Origin: Alphaproteobacteria bacterium
GTDB taxonomy: Bacteria > Pseudomonadota > Alphaproteobacteria > CALKHQ01
DNA length: 64,000 nucleotides
Reading direction: 5' to 3'
NCBI GenBank assembly: GCA_965227515.1
Contig: CBDDFZ010000001.1
Span: 1,632,001-1,696,000 of the forward strand
The translations under genes were made by a program, and so were the position numbers. Position 1 is the first letter of the stretch. Every line of letters begins with the position of its first letter. The notes below the pieces were generated by a model. That model was not told the DNA's origin and did no database searches. It was given only the letters and a program-made list of their open reading frames with translations. Shown here in pieces: positions 1 to 8,654 of this stretch.

Positions 1-2
1 CA

Positions 3-989
3 CTGCTCGATCAGGACGGTGCCATCGAAATGGAGAAGACCTATTCGCTGGGCGACACGCTGACTCATTTCTGGTGGGTGGCGGACCGCGCCGGTGGGGG
101 AGTCGCGGTGGCCGCGGTGCTCGAGCAGTTCACCGAGGCGACCAGCGGCGCCGTGGCGCTGATCGATGACGCGGGCCGGGTCGAGCACTCCGTGGGCCTC
201 GCCGACCTGGGTTACGACTACGGCGAGATCATCCATGTCGCGATGGCGCCCGACGGCGGTATGGTGATTACCGGCGCCGCGGCGAACCACACGGGCGCGA
301 TGAATATTCTGGTCAGCCGGCTGAACCCGGACCGCACCCAAGCCTGGAGCGAGATCGTGTCGGCCCGCGCCGACTATCTGGATATCTGGGGGTACCAATC
401 GGTGGTCCTGCACGATGGCGGCGTCGTGTCGCTGGGCAATGCCGCCGACGACACGTTGCAGAACGTGGGCTTGGTGACCCGGTTCGACGCCGCCGGCAAC
501 ATGGTGTGGCAGCAGTGGGCCGACGGGCAGGCCAACTACACCCACAAGCAGGCCGCGTACGTCTACGCCAACTGGCTCGCGGTGCTGGAAGGCGGCGATA
601 TCGCCTATGTGCTGACCGAATATGACCGGGCAGACTTTGTGGTCGCCGCGCGCGTCGTGCGGGTGGCGCCGGACGGCCGCATCGTGTTCCAGACCGAATT
701 GCGTGTCGGCGGAGAGGCCAACCCGATCACCGTGGCCGGGGCCGCAAATGGCGACATCCTGATCGCCGGCGACCTGTTGAGCCCGCAGCGGCCGTTCGTC
801 AGCCGCGTGGACGGCGACGGGCGCCTGCTGTGGTCCACGGAGCTCGACATCGGGCTGGATGCCTATGCGTGGGCGATCGAGGAGGCCGAGGACGGCTCGA
901 TCGTCGTTGTCGGCGGGCAGTACGGCGACGCCAGCGGATCGGCGGGGTGGGTCGCCCGGCTGACGGCCGACGGCGAGGCGGACATTTGA
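3..989 (+). CDS. 5'-truncated beta-propeller-like repeat protein (hypothetical)
   Basis: Frame is open from the window edge. Recurrent blade-like motifs (NPDRTQAWSE, DAAGNMVWQQW, APDGRIVFQTEL, DGDGRLLWSTEL). Confidence 0.55.
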   Translation: MLDQDGAIEMEKTYSLGDTLTHFWWVADRAGGGVAVAAVLEQFTEATSGAVALIDDAGRVEHSVGLADLGYDYGEIIHVAMAPDGGMVITGAAANHTGAMNILVSRLNPDRTQAWSEIVSARADYLDIWGYQSVVLHDGGVVSLGNAADDTLQNVGLVTRFDAAGNMVWQQWADGQANYTHKQAAYVYANWLAVLEGGDIAYVLTEYDRADFVVAARVVRVAPDGRIVFQTELRVGGEANPITVAGAANGDILIAGDLLSPQRPFVSRVDGDGRLLWSTELDIGLDAYAWAIEEAEDGSIVVVGGQYGDASGSAGWVARLTADGEADI

Positions 990-1012
990 CAGGCTGTTAA
1001 GGCAGCGCGCGC

Positions 1013-2044
1013 TCAGCCGAAGGCGATCAGGGTCTTCATGGCCTGAGAGCGGTCGTTGGCGGTGGCGAAGGCGTTTTCCGCATCGGCCAGCGGCACGGTG
1101 TGGGAGATCAGCGGACGGACATCGATCAGCCCGGCGCGCATGAACTCGACCGCCAGCGGGAACTCCGCGTGAAAGCGGAATGAGCCCCTGACGCTCAGTT
1201 CCTTGGCGGTGACCAGGCCCATCGGCACCGTCATGTCGCCACCCAGTCCCAATTGCACCACGATGCCGCGCGGCCGCACTACGGCGAGGCCCGCGGTCAG
1301 TGCGGCGACCGCGCCGGAGCATTCGTAGAACACGTCGAACTGGCCCTTGTCGGCCCGCCACTCGGCCAGCCCGTCGGGGTCGCCGGCCATGTCGACGGTG
1401 CGGTCTGCGCCGGCCTTCTCGGCATAGGTGAGCGCATTGGCGGCAACGTCGGTGGCCACGATCTCGGCCGCGCCGGCGCGGCGCGCGGCCATGATGCACA
1501 GGCAGCCGATGGGCCCGCACCCGGCGACGAGGACCTTCTTGCCCAGCAGATCCCCGGCCTGCCGGGTCGCATGCAGCGCGACCGCCAGCGGCTCGCCCAT
1601 CGCGGCCTCGCCGTCGCTGAGGCCATCGGCCGGGATGCACTGCGACGCCTCGACCACCAGCAGCTCGCGAAAGGCGCCCTGCACATGCGGGAACGGCATC
1701 GCCGAGCCGTAGAACTTCATGTCCAGGCAATGATTTGGCGCGCCCTCCAGGCAGTAGCGGCAGGTGCCGCAGGGTCGCGACGGATGGATCGCCACCAGGT
1801 CGCCGCGGGCGAGCCCGGCGACGCCCTCGCCGAGGGCTTCGACACGGCCGGAGACCTCGTGGCCCAGCACCATCGGCTCCTTCAGCACGATCTGCCCGAT
1901 GCCGCCGTGATTGTAATAGTGCAGGTCTGACCCGCAGATGCCGCCGGCCGCCACCCGCACCAGAACCTGGCCCGGCCCGGCGCGCGGCGTCTCGTGCTCC
2001 TCGATCCTGAGGTCCTTGGCCCGGTGAATGACGATCGCGCGCAT
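1013..2044 (-). CDS. idnD: Zn-dependent L-idonate 5-dehydrogenase
   Basis: GGICGSDLHYY, GHE, CxxCxxC..C structural Zn motif, MKFYGSAMPFPHVQGAF, GxGPIG, RGSFRF. Confidence 0.85.
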   Translation of the reverse strand: MRAIVIHRAKDLRIEEHETPRAGPGQVLVRVAAGGICGSDLHYYNHGGIGQIVLKEPMVLGHEVSGRVEALGEGVAGLARGDLVAIHPSRPCGTCRYCLEGAPNHCLDMKFYGSAMPFPHVQGAFRELLVVEASQCIPADGLSDGEAAMGEPLAVALHATRQAGDLLGKKVLVAGCGPIGCLCIMAARRAGAAEIVATDVAANALTYAEKAGADRTVDMAGDPDGLAEWRADKGQFDVFYECSGAVAALTAGLAVVRPRGIVVQLGLGGDMTVPMGLVTAKELSVRGSFRFHAEFPLAVEFMRAGLIDVRPLISHTVPLADAENAFATANDRSQAMKTLIAFG

Positions 2045-2101
2045 GGTATCGGCCGCCTGTGCTGAAAAAAGCCTGGTTCGTAACCGCATTTGCGCCCGCG
2101 C

Positions 2102-2117
2102 TTAACGTCTCGTCAAC
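2102..2117 (+). promoter_or_regulatory. CtrA-like box upstream of the flagellin-like gene
   Basis: TTAA-cgtctcg-TCAAC versus the consensus TTAA-N7-TTAAC (1 mismatch). Confidence 0.5.
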
Positions 2118-2171
2118 CCAATGGGGCGCATGTTGAATGCGGCGCAAAGGGCGCCCGGAGCTAGGCTTTTC

Positions 2172-3239
2172 ATGATCGGTGTCTTCTTTAACGGAGTCAC
2201 GTTTTCTGATCTGACGCGCAGCCTGACGGCCAATTCCAAGGCCCAGGCGTTTTTGCGCGCGCAGAGCTTTGCCCCGAATACCGACCAGCAGGACAAGTTG
2301 GCCGAGCAGGAGCGGATCGCCCTGTCCAAGTCGAGCCGTCTGCGCGAGCGCTCCGAGGATCTGATCCGCAAGAAGATCGGCATCCAGAATGCCGCCGACG
2401 ACCTGGACTCCACGGTCAGGAAGGCGCAGGAAATACGGATCAAGCTGGGCGACATGCGCGACCTGGCCTATTCCGCCAAGAACGCCGACCCCGACGCCAA
2501 GGCGCTGCTGGCCAGCGAATTCGACAACATGATCGACGAGGTCGCCGACCTGGCCGACGATGGCGGCTCGGTTGGCCGAAACCTGATCGGCGACGTGTTC
2601 CGCACCAGTTGGCTGACCGATACCATCTCCTACTACACCACCCAGTCCGAGGGTAGCCGGCGGACGGTCCAGGGCCAGTATCTCGGGTCCGACTACCGGA
2701 TCGATCTGGCCAACGGCAACCAGTGGGTTCCCGACCTCAAGGGCACCACCTTGAGCGAGTATTCGCTCTATCCCGACGACATCGAACGCGATGTCGGCCT
2801 GGGCGACATCGCGGTGCAGAGTTTCGACCGCGACACCGGCGCCATCTCGTTCTCGGTCGAGGGGTCGGAGACGGTGAGCGGCACGCTGGAGCGTGGCGGT
2901 GTCGGCGTGCTGCACTCCTGGCTCTACGGCAATTTCCAGGACGACGCGTCGATCGATACCGCGATCGAGGACCTGGACGCTGCCATCACGAAGGTCGATC
3001 TGGCGACGCTGGAGTTCAAGTCGAACGAAGTCATCGCGCGTGGCCGGGCGCGGGCGGCGGATCGCAATATCGAGAACCTGAACGACGAGGCGCTGCAACT
3101 GGAGCTGGACGCCAGCGGCGCCCGTATCGAAATCCAGCTCGCCGAGCGGGTGCGCAACTCCATCGTCAATCAGCAAATCAACGGCGTCGTCAGCGGCCCC
3201 TACGCCGCCAACCTGCTGTCGTCCCTGTTCGATCTGTAG
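2172..3239 (+). CDS. divergent flagellin-like protein
   Basis: N-terminal segment LGDMRDLAYSAKN...ALLASEFDNMIDEVADLA..GRNLIG and C-terminal segment AIEDLDAAITKV...NIENL...NLLSSLF resemble the flagellin D0/D1 helices flanking a beta-rich middle domain. Confidence 0.6.
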   Translation: MIGVFFNGVTFSDLTRSLTANSKAQAFLRAQSFAPNTDQQDKLAEQERIALSKSSRLRERSEDLIRKKIGIQNAADDLDSTVRKAQEIRIKLGDMRDLAYSAKNADPDAKALLASEFDNMIDEVADLADDGGSVGRNLIGDVFRTSWLTDTISYYTTQSEGSRRTVQGQYLGSDYRIDLANGNQWVPDLKGTTLSEYSLYPDDIERDVGLGDIAVQSFDRDTGAISFSVEGSETVSGTLERGGVGVLHSWLYGNFQDDASIDTAIEDLDAAITKVDLATLEFKSNEVIARGRARAADRNIENLNDEALQLELDASGARIEIQLAERVRNSIVNQQINGVVSGPYAANLLSSLFDL

Positions 3240-3503
3240 CCGCATCGCGGGCCCTGCGGCCCGTCGGGCTTGTTTCCAGCGCTTATCCGAGTCACCATTC
3301 GACCTGGGGGAAGGTTCCGAAAAACGGGACGCTTCGCGAATGTGTGCGTGCAGGGGGAATGCCGGCGGGATCGCACCTGCCGGGATCTGCTGAAAATTCG
3401 TTGACCGAAACCTCTTGTTGCCTGCGTGCTTTGGCATGCAGCGGCAGGCCGCGTTTCGGTATCGGTTGCGCGGGCGCATTGGCACAACTGCAGGAGGCCT
3501 GCC

Positions 3504-4247
3504 ATGTCGCTGATGGAGTCGTTCGCCAACAAGGTGGGCTCGGCACTTGCCGGACCCGTGCAGCGCTCGGCCGGCAAATATGGCGGGCATTGCACGTTTG
3601 CGTTTACCCAGTGCCGCCCGCCGGTCTCGTCGTTGATCGCATTGGACCCCGGAACGTCCGGCGGCATTTGCGAGGCGCTGTCGGCACACTGGATCGTCTA
3701 CCACGCCAGGCAGGATTCGCTGTGGAACTGGATCATCGGCAACGGCAACATCAACCTGGCCCGGATCCATCAACACGTGATGCCGCTGCAAAGGCAGGGA
3801 ATCCTGAGCGACGACCAGGACGCGGTGACCGAAGCCTGGCTGCGCCAGCAGGGGATCAGGCGGATCCAGGGCAATATGGTGATGAACCCGTCCCGGACCT
3901 TCGGCGATACGTTCGTGCAATTCCGGGGCACGGCGGGTGCCGCGATGCAGGAGGGGACCACCAGCTTCTTCAACCGGGATGCGTTGGCCAGGGCGATCCT
4001 GCTGGACACCACGGGCGGCGCGGGCAGCTATAAGAAGCTGGGACTGTTCGGCAAGGCCGGCGAGCATGCCATGGCGCTGTGGGTGGCTCAGGACGTCGTC
4101 TTTTTCGACCCGAATTTCGGTGAGTTCTGGTTCGCGGACCGTGCCAAGTTCTTCAACTGGTTCACCAAGAGCTTCTGGCACCGGTCGCTCTACAGCGTCG
4201 GTCTGAGCGGCCGCTACGAACTGCTGCCCTACGCCAAGGCGATCTGA
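3504..4247 (+). CDS. YopT/AvrPphB-family (C58) cysteine protease
   Basis: Catalytic triad motifs GICEALSAHW, GEHAMA and FFDPNFGEF. RBS AGGAGG at 3492-3497. Confidence 0.85.
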   Translation: MSLMESFANKVGSALAGPVQRSAGKYGGHCTFAFTQCRPPVSSLIALDPGTSGGICEALSAHWIVYHARQDSLWNWIIGNGNINLARIHQHVMPLQRQGILSDDQDAVTEAWLRQQGIRRIQGNMVMNPSRTFGDTFVQFRGTAGAAMQEGTTSFFNRDALARAILLDTTGGAGSYKKLGLFGKAGEHAMALWVAQDVVFFDPNFGEFWFADRAKFFNWFTKSFWHRSLYSVGLSGRYELLPYAKAI

Positions 4248-4281
4248 CGGAACCTCGTCGCGCGGTTCTGGGCTGGGTTAC

Positions 4282-4986
4282 TCAGGCGATCCCGAACAGC
4301 GCGGGCAGGCCTTCCAGGCTGTCCAGTATGGCCACCGGGGTGCCGGGCAGCCGCTCAGGCGCCTGGCCGAAGCGGTTGATCCACACCACCCGGAAGCCGA
4401 AGTGCGCGGCGCCGCACACGTCCCACGCGTTGGACGACATGAAGCAGATGCGCTCCGGCGCTGTGCCCAGCGCATCGACCGCCAGCTGGTAGACCCGCCG
4501 GTCGGGCTTGTAGACGCCGAGGTCCTGCACCGACAGCACCGCCGTCATCTCGCCGGCGATGCCCGCGTTCCCAACCGCGGACGCCAGCATCTTCGGCGCA
4601 CCGTTGGACAGGATTCCGCACTTCAGGCCGGCGCCGGTCAGCCGCTTCAGGGTCGATGGCACCTCCAGATAGGCGTCGAGCTGCAGGTAGAGGTCCATCA
4701 GCCGCTGGCGCAGCGCCGGATCGGCGATGCCCAGGGTTTCCAGCCCATAGTCCAGCGCGTCGCCGGTCACCTGCCAGAAGTCGACATACTCGCCCATCAG
4801 CGAGCGCAACCACGTGTACTGGAGCTGCTTGTCGCGCCAGATCTGCGCCAAGGGGGCCGCGTTGTCGCCCAGCGCGCCACGCTCCCGCGCCGCCGCGGCG
4901 GCCACGTCGAACAAGGTGCCGTAGGCGTCGAACATGCAGGCGTCGATGGCCGCGGTCGACAATCCATGCTCGCCGGGTGCTGACAC
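4282..4986 (-). CDS. haloacid dehalogenase type II (start uncertain)
   Basis: FDAYGTLFDV, WRDKQLQYTW, ILSNG, YKP, SSNAWD motifs. Confidence 0.9.
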   Translation of the reverse strand: MSAPGEHGLSTAAIDACMFDAYGTLFDVAAAAARERGALGDNAAPLAQIWRDKQLQYTWLRSLMGEYVDFWQVTGDALDYGLETLGIADPALRQRLMDLYLQLDAYLEVPSTLKRLTGAGLKCGILSNGAPKMLASAVGNAGIAGEMTAVLSVQDLGVYKPDRRVYQLAVDALGTAPERICFMSSNAWDVCGAAHFGFRVVWINRFGQAPERLPGTPVAILDSLEGLPALFGIA

Positions 4987-5101
4987 GGGCGCGCTCCTTT
5001 GCTTGGTGGGGGAAATCGCGCAGCGACATTGACCGTGCGCGCGCGATTGTGCAAGAGCATGGCCCGCGCACGCTGCCGGTCAGTCCACTTGGGAAACCCC
5101 C

Positions 5102-6373
5102 GTGAGCCCCTTCGATATCGCCGCTATCCTGGTCGTGCTGGCCGCCCTGTTCGGCCTCGCCAACTACCATTTCCTGAAGCTGCCCACCACCATCGGCCTG
5201 GTGGTGATCGCGCTCGCCGCATCCCTGGTGGTGCTGGCCATCGACCAGATCTTCACTTTCGGGGCGAGCGAGGAAATGACCGCGCTGCTGGCCGAGGTGG
5301 ATTTCTACGACGCGCTGATGAACGGCATGCTGGGGTTCCTGCTGTTCGCCGGCGCGCTGCACGTCGACCTTTCGCAACTGGCCGCGCAGAAGCTGGTGAT
5401 CGCGCTGATGGCGACGATTGGCGTGCTGCTGTCGACCGCCATCGTCGGTACCGGCTTCTGGCTGATGACCGATGTGGCGATCCTGACCGCGCTGGTGTTC
5501 GGCGCCATCGTCAGCCCGACCGATCCGGTGGCGGTGCTCGGCCTTCTGAAGACGGTGAAGGTGCCGCACAGCCTGGAGACCAAGATCGCCGGCGAGAGCC
5601 TGTTCAACGACGGCGTCGGCGTGGTGCTGTTCCTGATCCTGACGGCGATTGCCTTCACCGCTACCTCGGGTGCGCATGGCGACGAGGAGATCGATGCCAT
5701 GGCGGTTGTCGAGCTCTTCGTGTGGGAGGTCGGCGGCGGCGTGGTGATCGGCGGCGTCGCCGGTTACATCACCTATCGCGCGCTCAAGCGGGTCGACGAA
5801 TACAATCTGGAAGTCATCATGACGCTGGCGCTGGTGATGGGCGTCTATTCGCTGTGCCATGCGTTGCATGTCTCCGGGCCGATCGCGGTGGTGGTGGCGG
5901 GCCTGTTCATCGGCAACGCGGGCATGAAGTTCGGCATGTCGCAGAAGACCCGCGAGCACGTGCAGACCTTCTGGCACCTGATCGACGAGTTGCTGAACGC
6001 GGTGCTGTTCCTGCTGATCGGGCTGGAGGTGTTCGCGATTCCGTTCTCGTCCGATGCGGCCTGGGTAGCGGCACTCTGTATTCCGCTGGTGCTGCTGGCG
6101 CGCTTCTGCGCGGTCTCGGGACCGATCAGCTTGTTGAAGCTGATGGGACGGCGGTTCACGCCGGGCGCGATCCCGGTGCTGACCTGGGGCGGGCTGCGCG
6201 GCGGCATCTCGGTGGCCCTGGTGCTGTCGCTGCCGGCGGGACCTGACAAGCCGCTGCTGATGACCGCCTGTTACGCGGTGGTGCTGTTCTCCATCATCGT
6301 GCAGGGCCTCACCATCAAGCGTGTCATCACCCGCTGCGTGCCGCAGAACACCGGCGACAGGCACCCCTATTGA
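5102..6373 (+). CDS. nhaP: CPA1 Na+/H+ antiporter (NhaP-like)
   Basis: About 12 hydrophobic helices; SPTDPVAV, GESLFNDG and WGGLRGGIS motifs. Confidence 0.9.
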   Translation: MSPFDIAAILVVLAALFGLANYHFLKLPTTIGLVVIALAASLVVLAIDQIFTFGASEEMTALLAEVDFYDALMNGMLGFLLFAGALHVDLSQLAAQKLVIALMATIGVLLSTAIVGTGFWLMTDVAILTALVFGAIVSPTDPVAVLGLLKTVKVPHSLETKIAGESLFNDGVGVVLFLILTAIAFTATSGAHGDEEIDAMAVVELFVWEVGGGVVIGGVAGYITYRALKRVDEYNLEVIMTLALVMGVYSLCHALHVSGPIAVVVAGLFIGNAGMKFGMSQKTREHVQTFWHLIDELLNAVLFLLIGLEVFAIPFSSDAAWVAALCIPLVLLARFCAVSGPISLLKLMGRRFTPGAIPVLTWGGLRGGISVALVLSLPAGPDKPLLMTACYAVVLFSIIVQGLTIKRVITRCVPQNTGDRHPY

Positions 6374-8040
6374 GCCCGGGCGCCGCACCCGTCTCCGTCT
6401 CCGTCGACCAGGGTCGCGGTATCTGGACCGTCGCCCTGCTCGCGATCCTGGTGCTGACGCTGGTCCGATGGGTGGTGCTCGCATTCTCGCCGATGGACCT
6501 CTACGGCGACGAAGCCCAGTATTGGACCTGGGCGCAGACCTTCGACTTCGGCTACTTCACCAAGCCGCCGCTGATCGCCTGGATCATCGCTGCGACGACC
6601 TGGGTGTTCGGCGACGGCCCGTTCGGTGTGCGCGCCGCCGCGCCGTTGTTCCATGGGGTGACGGCCGTTGTCGTCGGCCTGATCGGGCGACAGCTTTTCG
6701 ACCGGCGGATCGGCGCCTGGGCGGCACTGACCTATGCGCTGATCCCCGGTGTGTCGCTGTCGTCGTCGCTGATCTCCACCGATGTGCCGTTGCTGCTGTG
6801 CTGGGCGGTGGCGCTGTATGCGCTGATCCGGCTCGTCGCCACCCGCGGCTTCGGCTGGGCGGTTCTGTGCGGCGTCGCCATCGGCGTCGGCCTGATGGCG
6901 AAGTACGCCATGAGCTACTTCGTCATGTGCATGGCGCTCTATGCCGTGTTCACGCCCGGCCGGCGCTGGCTGCTGGCAAGCTGGCAGACCCTGGTGGCGG
7001 CGCTGTGCGCCATCGTCCTGTTCGCGCCCAATGTGATCTGGAACTTCGCCAATGGCTGGGCGACGGTGGGACACACCGCCGAGAACGCCAATTGGGGCAA
7101 TGCCGGCATTCATGTCGGCAAGGCGCTGGAGTTCGTCGGCGCGCAGTTCGGGGTGTTCGGGCCGATCCTGGCGGCGGTGCTGATCGTCATCGTCTGGGGC
7201 TGGGCACAGCGCCGCGATGGCGCGCCGATGGACCCGGGTGTGCGCATGATGCTGCTGTTCTCGGTGCCGGTGCTGGTGCTGATCACGGTGCAGGCCCTGG
7301 TCAGCCGCGCCCACGCCAACTGGGCGGCAACCGCCTATGTCGCGGCCAGCGTGGCGGTGGCCGCGATCCTGGTCCAGGCGGCCCAGGTCCGACGCCGCCG
7401 GCCCGATCACGGCGACCATCAGGGCCGCCGGGGCGGGGACCTCAAATATGTCGCCTCGCCGCGCCCGCTGGCCATGTTCGCCGCCCGGTTGCTGCCGATT
7501 TCGACCGGCTTGCATGTGCTGATCGCGGCCGGCCTCTATGCCGCGCTGGTCTGGCCGTCCTTTGCCGGCTGGCTGGGCGCGCGCGATCCCACCGCGCGCA
7601 TCCAGGGCTGGTCGATCCTGAGCGCCGCCGTGTTCGGCCGGGCGGAGTCCGACGGGCGCGCGTTGATCGTCACCGACGACCGCATGCTGCTGGCGACCCT
7701 GATCTATTACGGGCGCGACACCGGGTTGGCATTCGCCGCGCTGGAGGATGGCGATGGCGTCCCCGGCAATCACTACGAGATGACCATGCCGTTCCAGGCC
7801 GGCGATCCGCGCCCGGCGCTGTGGGTCAGTCTCTACCCCGCGACCAGCCCGTTGACGCCGTGGTACGGCGAGGTGGGTCAGGCGTCGCCGATCGCGATCC
7901 CGATTAACGACACGCTCACCCGCCGGGTCTATTTGCTGAGCCTGGGGCCGCCGCTGCCGCCAGCGGATCAGGATGATGCGGACAACGCGGATGAAGGGTC
8001 GCCCCAACAATCGCCTGAATCGGGCGCGACAAGCGATTGA
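6370..8040 (+). CDS. GT-C glycosyltransferase family 39 (ArnT-like)
   Basis: DEAQYWTW, GYFTKPPLIAW, ISTDVP and AKY motifs in a polytopic membrane protein. Overlaps the nhaP stop. Confidence 0.85.
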   Translation: MSPGAAPVSVSVDQGRGIWTVALLAILVLTLVRWVVLAFSPMDLYGDEAQYWTWAQTFDFGYFTKPPLIAWIIAATTWVFGDGPFGVRAAAPLFHGVTAVVVGLIGRQLFDRRIGAWAALTYALIPGVSLSSSLISTDVPLLLCWAVALYALIRLVATRGFGWAVLCGVAIGVGLMAKYAMSYFVMCMALYAVFTPGRRWLLASWQTLVAALCAIVLFAPNVIWNFANGWATVGHTAENANWGNAGIHVGKALEFVGAQFGVFGPILAAVLIVIVWGWAQRRDGAPMDPGVRMMLLFSVPVLVLITVQALVSRAHANWAATAYVAASVAVAAILVQAAQVRRRRPDHGDHQGRRGGDLKYVASPRPLAMFAARLLPISTGLHVLIAAGLYAALVWPSFAGWLGARDPTARIQGWSILSAAVFGRAESDGRALIVTDDRMLLATLIYYGRDTGLAFAALEDGDGVPGNHYEMTMPFQAGDPRPALWVSLYPATSPLTPWYGEVGQASPIAIPINDTLTRRVYLLSLGPPLPPADQDDADNADEGSPQQSPESGATSD

Positions 8041-8100
8041 GTCGTACGCGCGCCTGGCTCACAGTCCGCGCGCGCGGGATTGCGCTTGGGAGGGATCTTC

Positions 8101-8649
8101 ATGAAATCGCTGTTTGGAACCGTTGTCCTGGTGCTTGCCTGCGCCACCGCTGCGCACGCGCAGGACGACGACATCTATGACGATCTCGACGTGTTCGCGG
8201 TCGCCTTCCTGAACGACCTGCAGCCGATCTCGATCTCCCAGGGGGTCGAGTACTGCGGCTATTTCGGGCTGGACGCCAACGGCAACATCGCCGCGACCCA
8301 GCCGCACCGCGGGTTGCCCGATAGCTGTTTCCCGGCGTGGCCGAACCATCTGGAGTTGCTGGCCTCTTACCACACCCATGGGTCCTACACGATGGATGCC
8401 GACATCGAGGTGCCGTCGGTCGAAGATCTTTGGGGTGACATGGAAGAGGAGGTCGACGGTTATGTCGCAACCCCGGGCGGGCGCGTCTGGCTGAACCTGT
8501 TCGACGAGCGGATCACCTTCCAGCTTTGCGGGCGCAACTGCATTGCCGCCGATCCCAATTTCCGGCCCTGCCAGGCGTTCCTGCCGTTAGAGGAATACAC
8601 TCTGCAGGGTTTGCAGGCACGGGCCGCCAACGACCCCGGTTATTGCTAG
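8101..8649 (+). CDS. secreted DUF4329-domain protein
   Basis: Signal peptide ending AHA; EYCG, SYHTHG, PSVED and GYVATPGGR motifs. Confidence 0.75.
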   Translation: MKSLFGTVVLVLACATAAHAQDDDIYDDLDVFAVAFLNDLQPISISQGVEYCGYFGLDANGNIAATQPHRGLPDSCFPAWPNHLELLASYHTHGSYTMDADIEVPSVEDLWGDMEEEVDGYVATPGGRVWLNLFDERITFQLCGRNCIAADPNFRPCQAFLPLEEYTLQGLQARAANDPGYC

Positions 8650-8654
8650 TTGGA

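Noticed and set aside
3240-3503. Riboswitch or sigma-54 promoter upstream of the YopT gene
   Set aside because: There are several weak hairpins and TGGCA motifs, but no correctly spaced -12 TTGC and no aptamer I can recognise. An Rfam scan would be needed.
4355-6484. Long antisense or alternate-frame ORFs (709 aa here; also 10938-13514, 45918-48542, 48573-50669, 56284-58173, 58300-60204)
   Set aside because: They are shadows of recognisable genes in a high-GC genome, with Arg/Gly/His-rich translations and no motifs.
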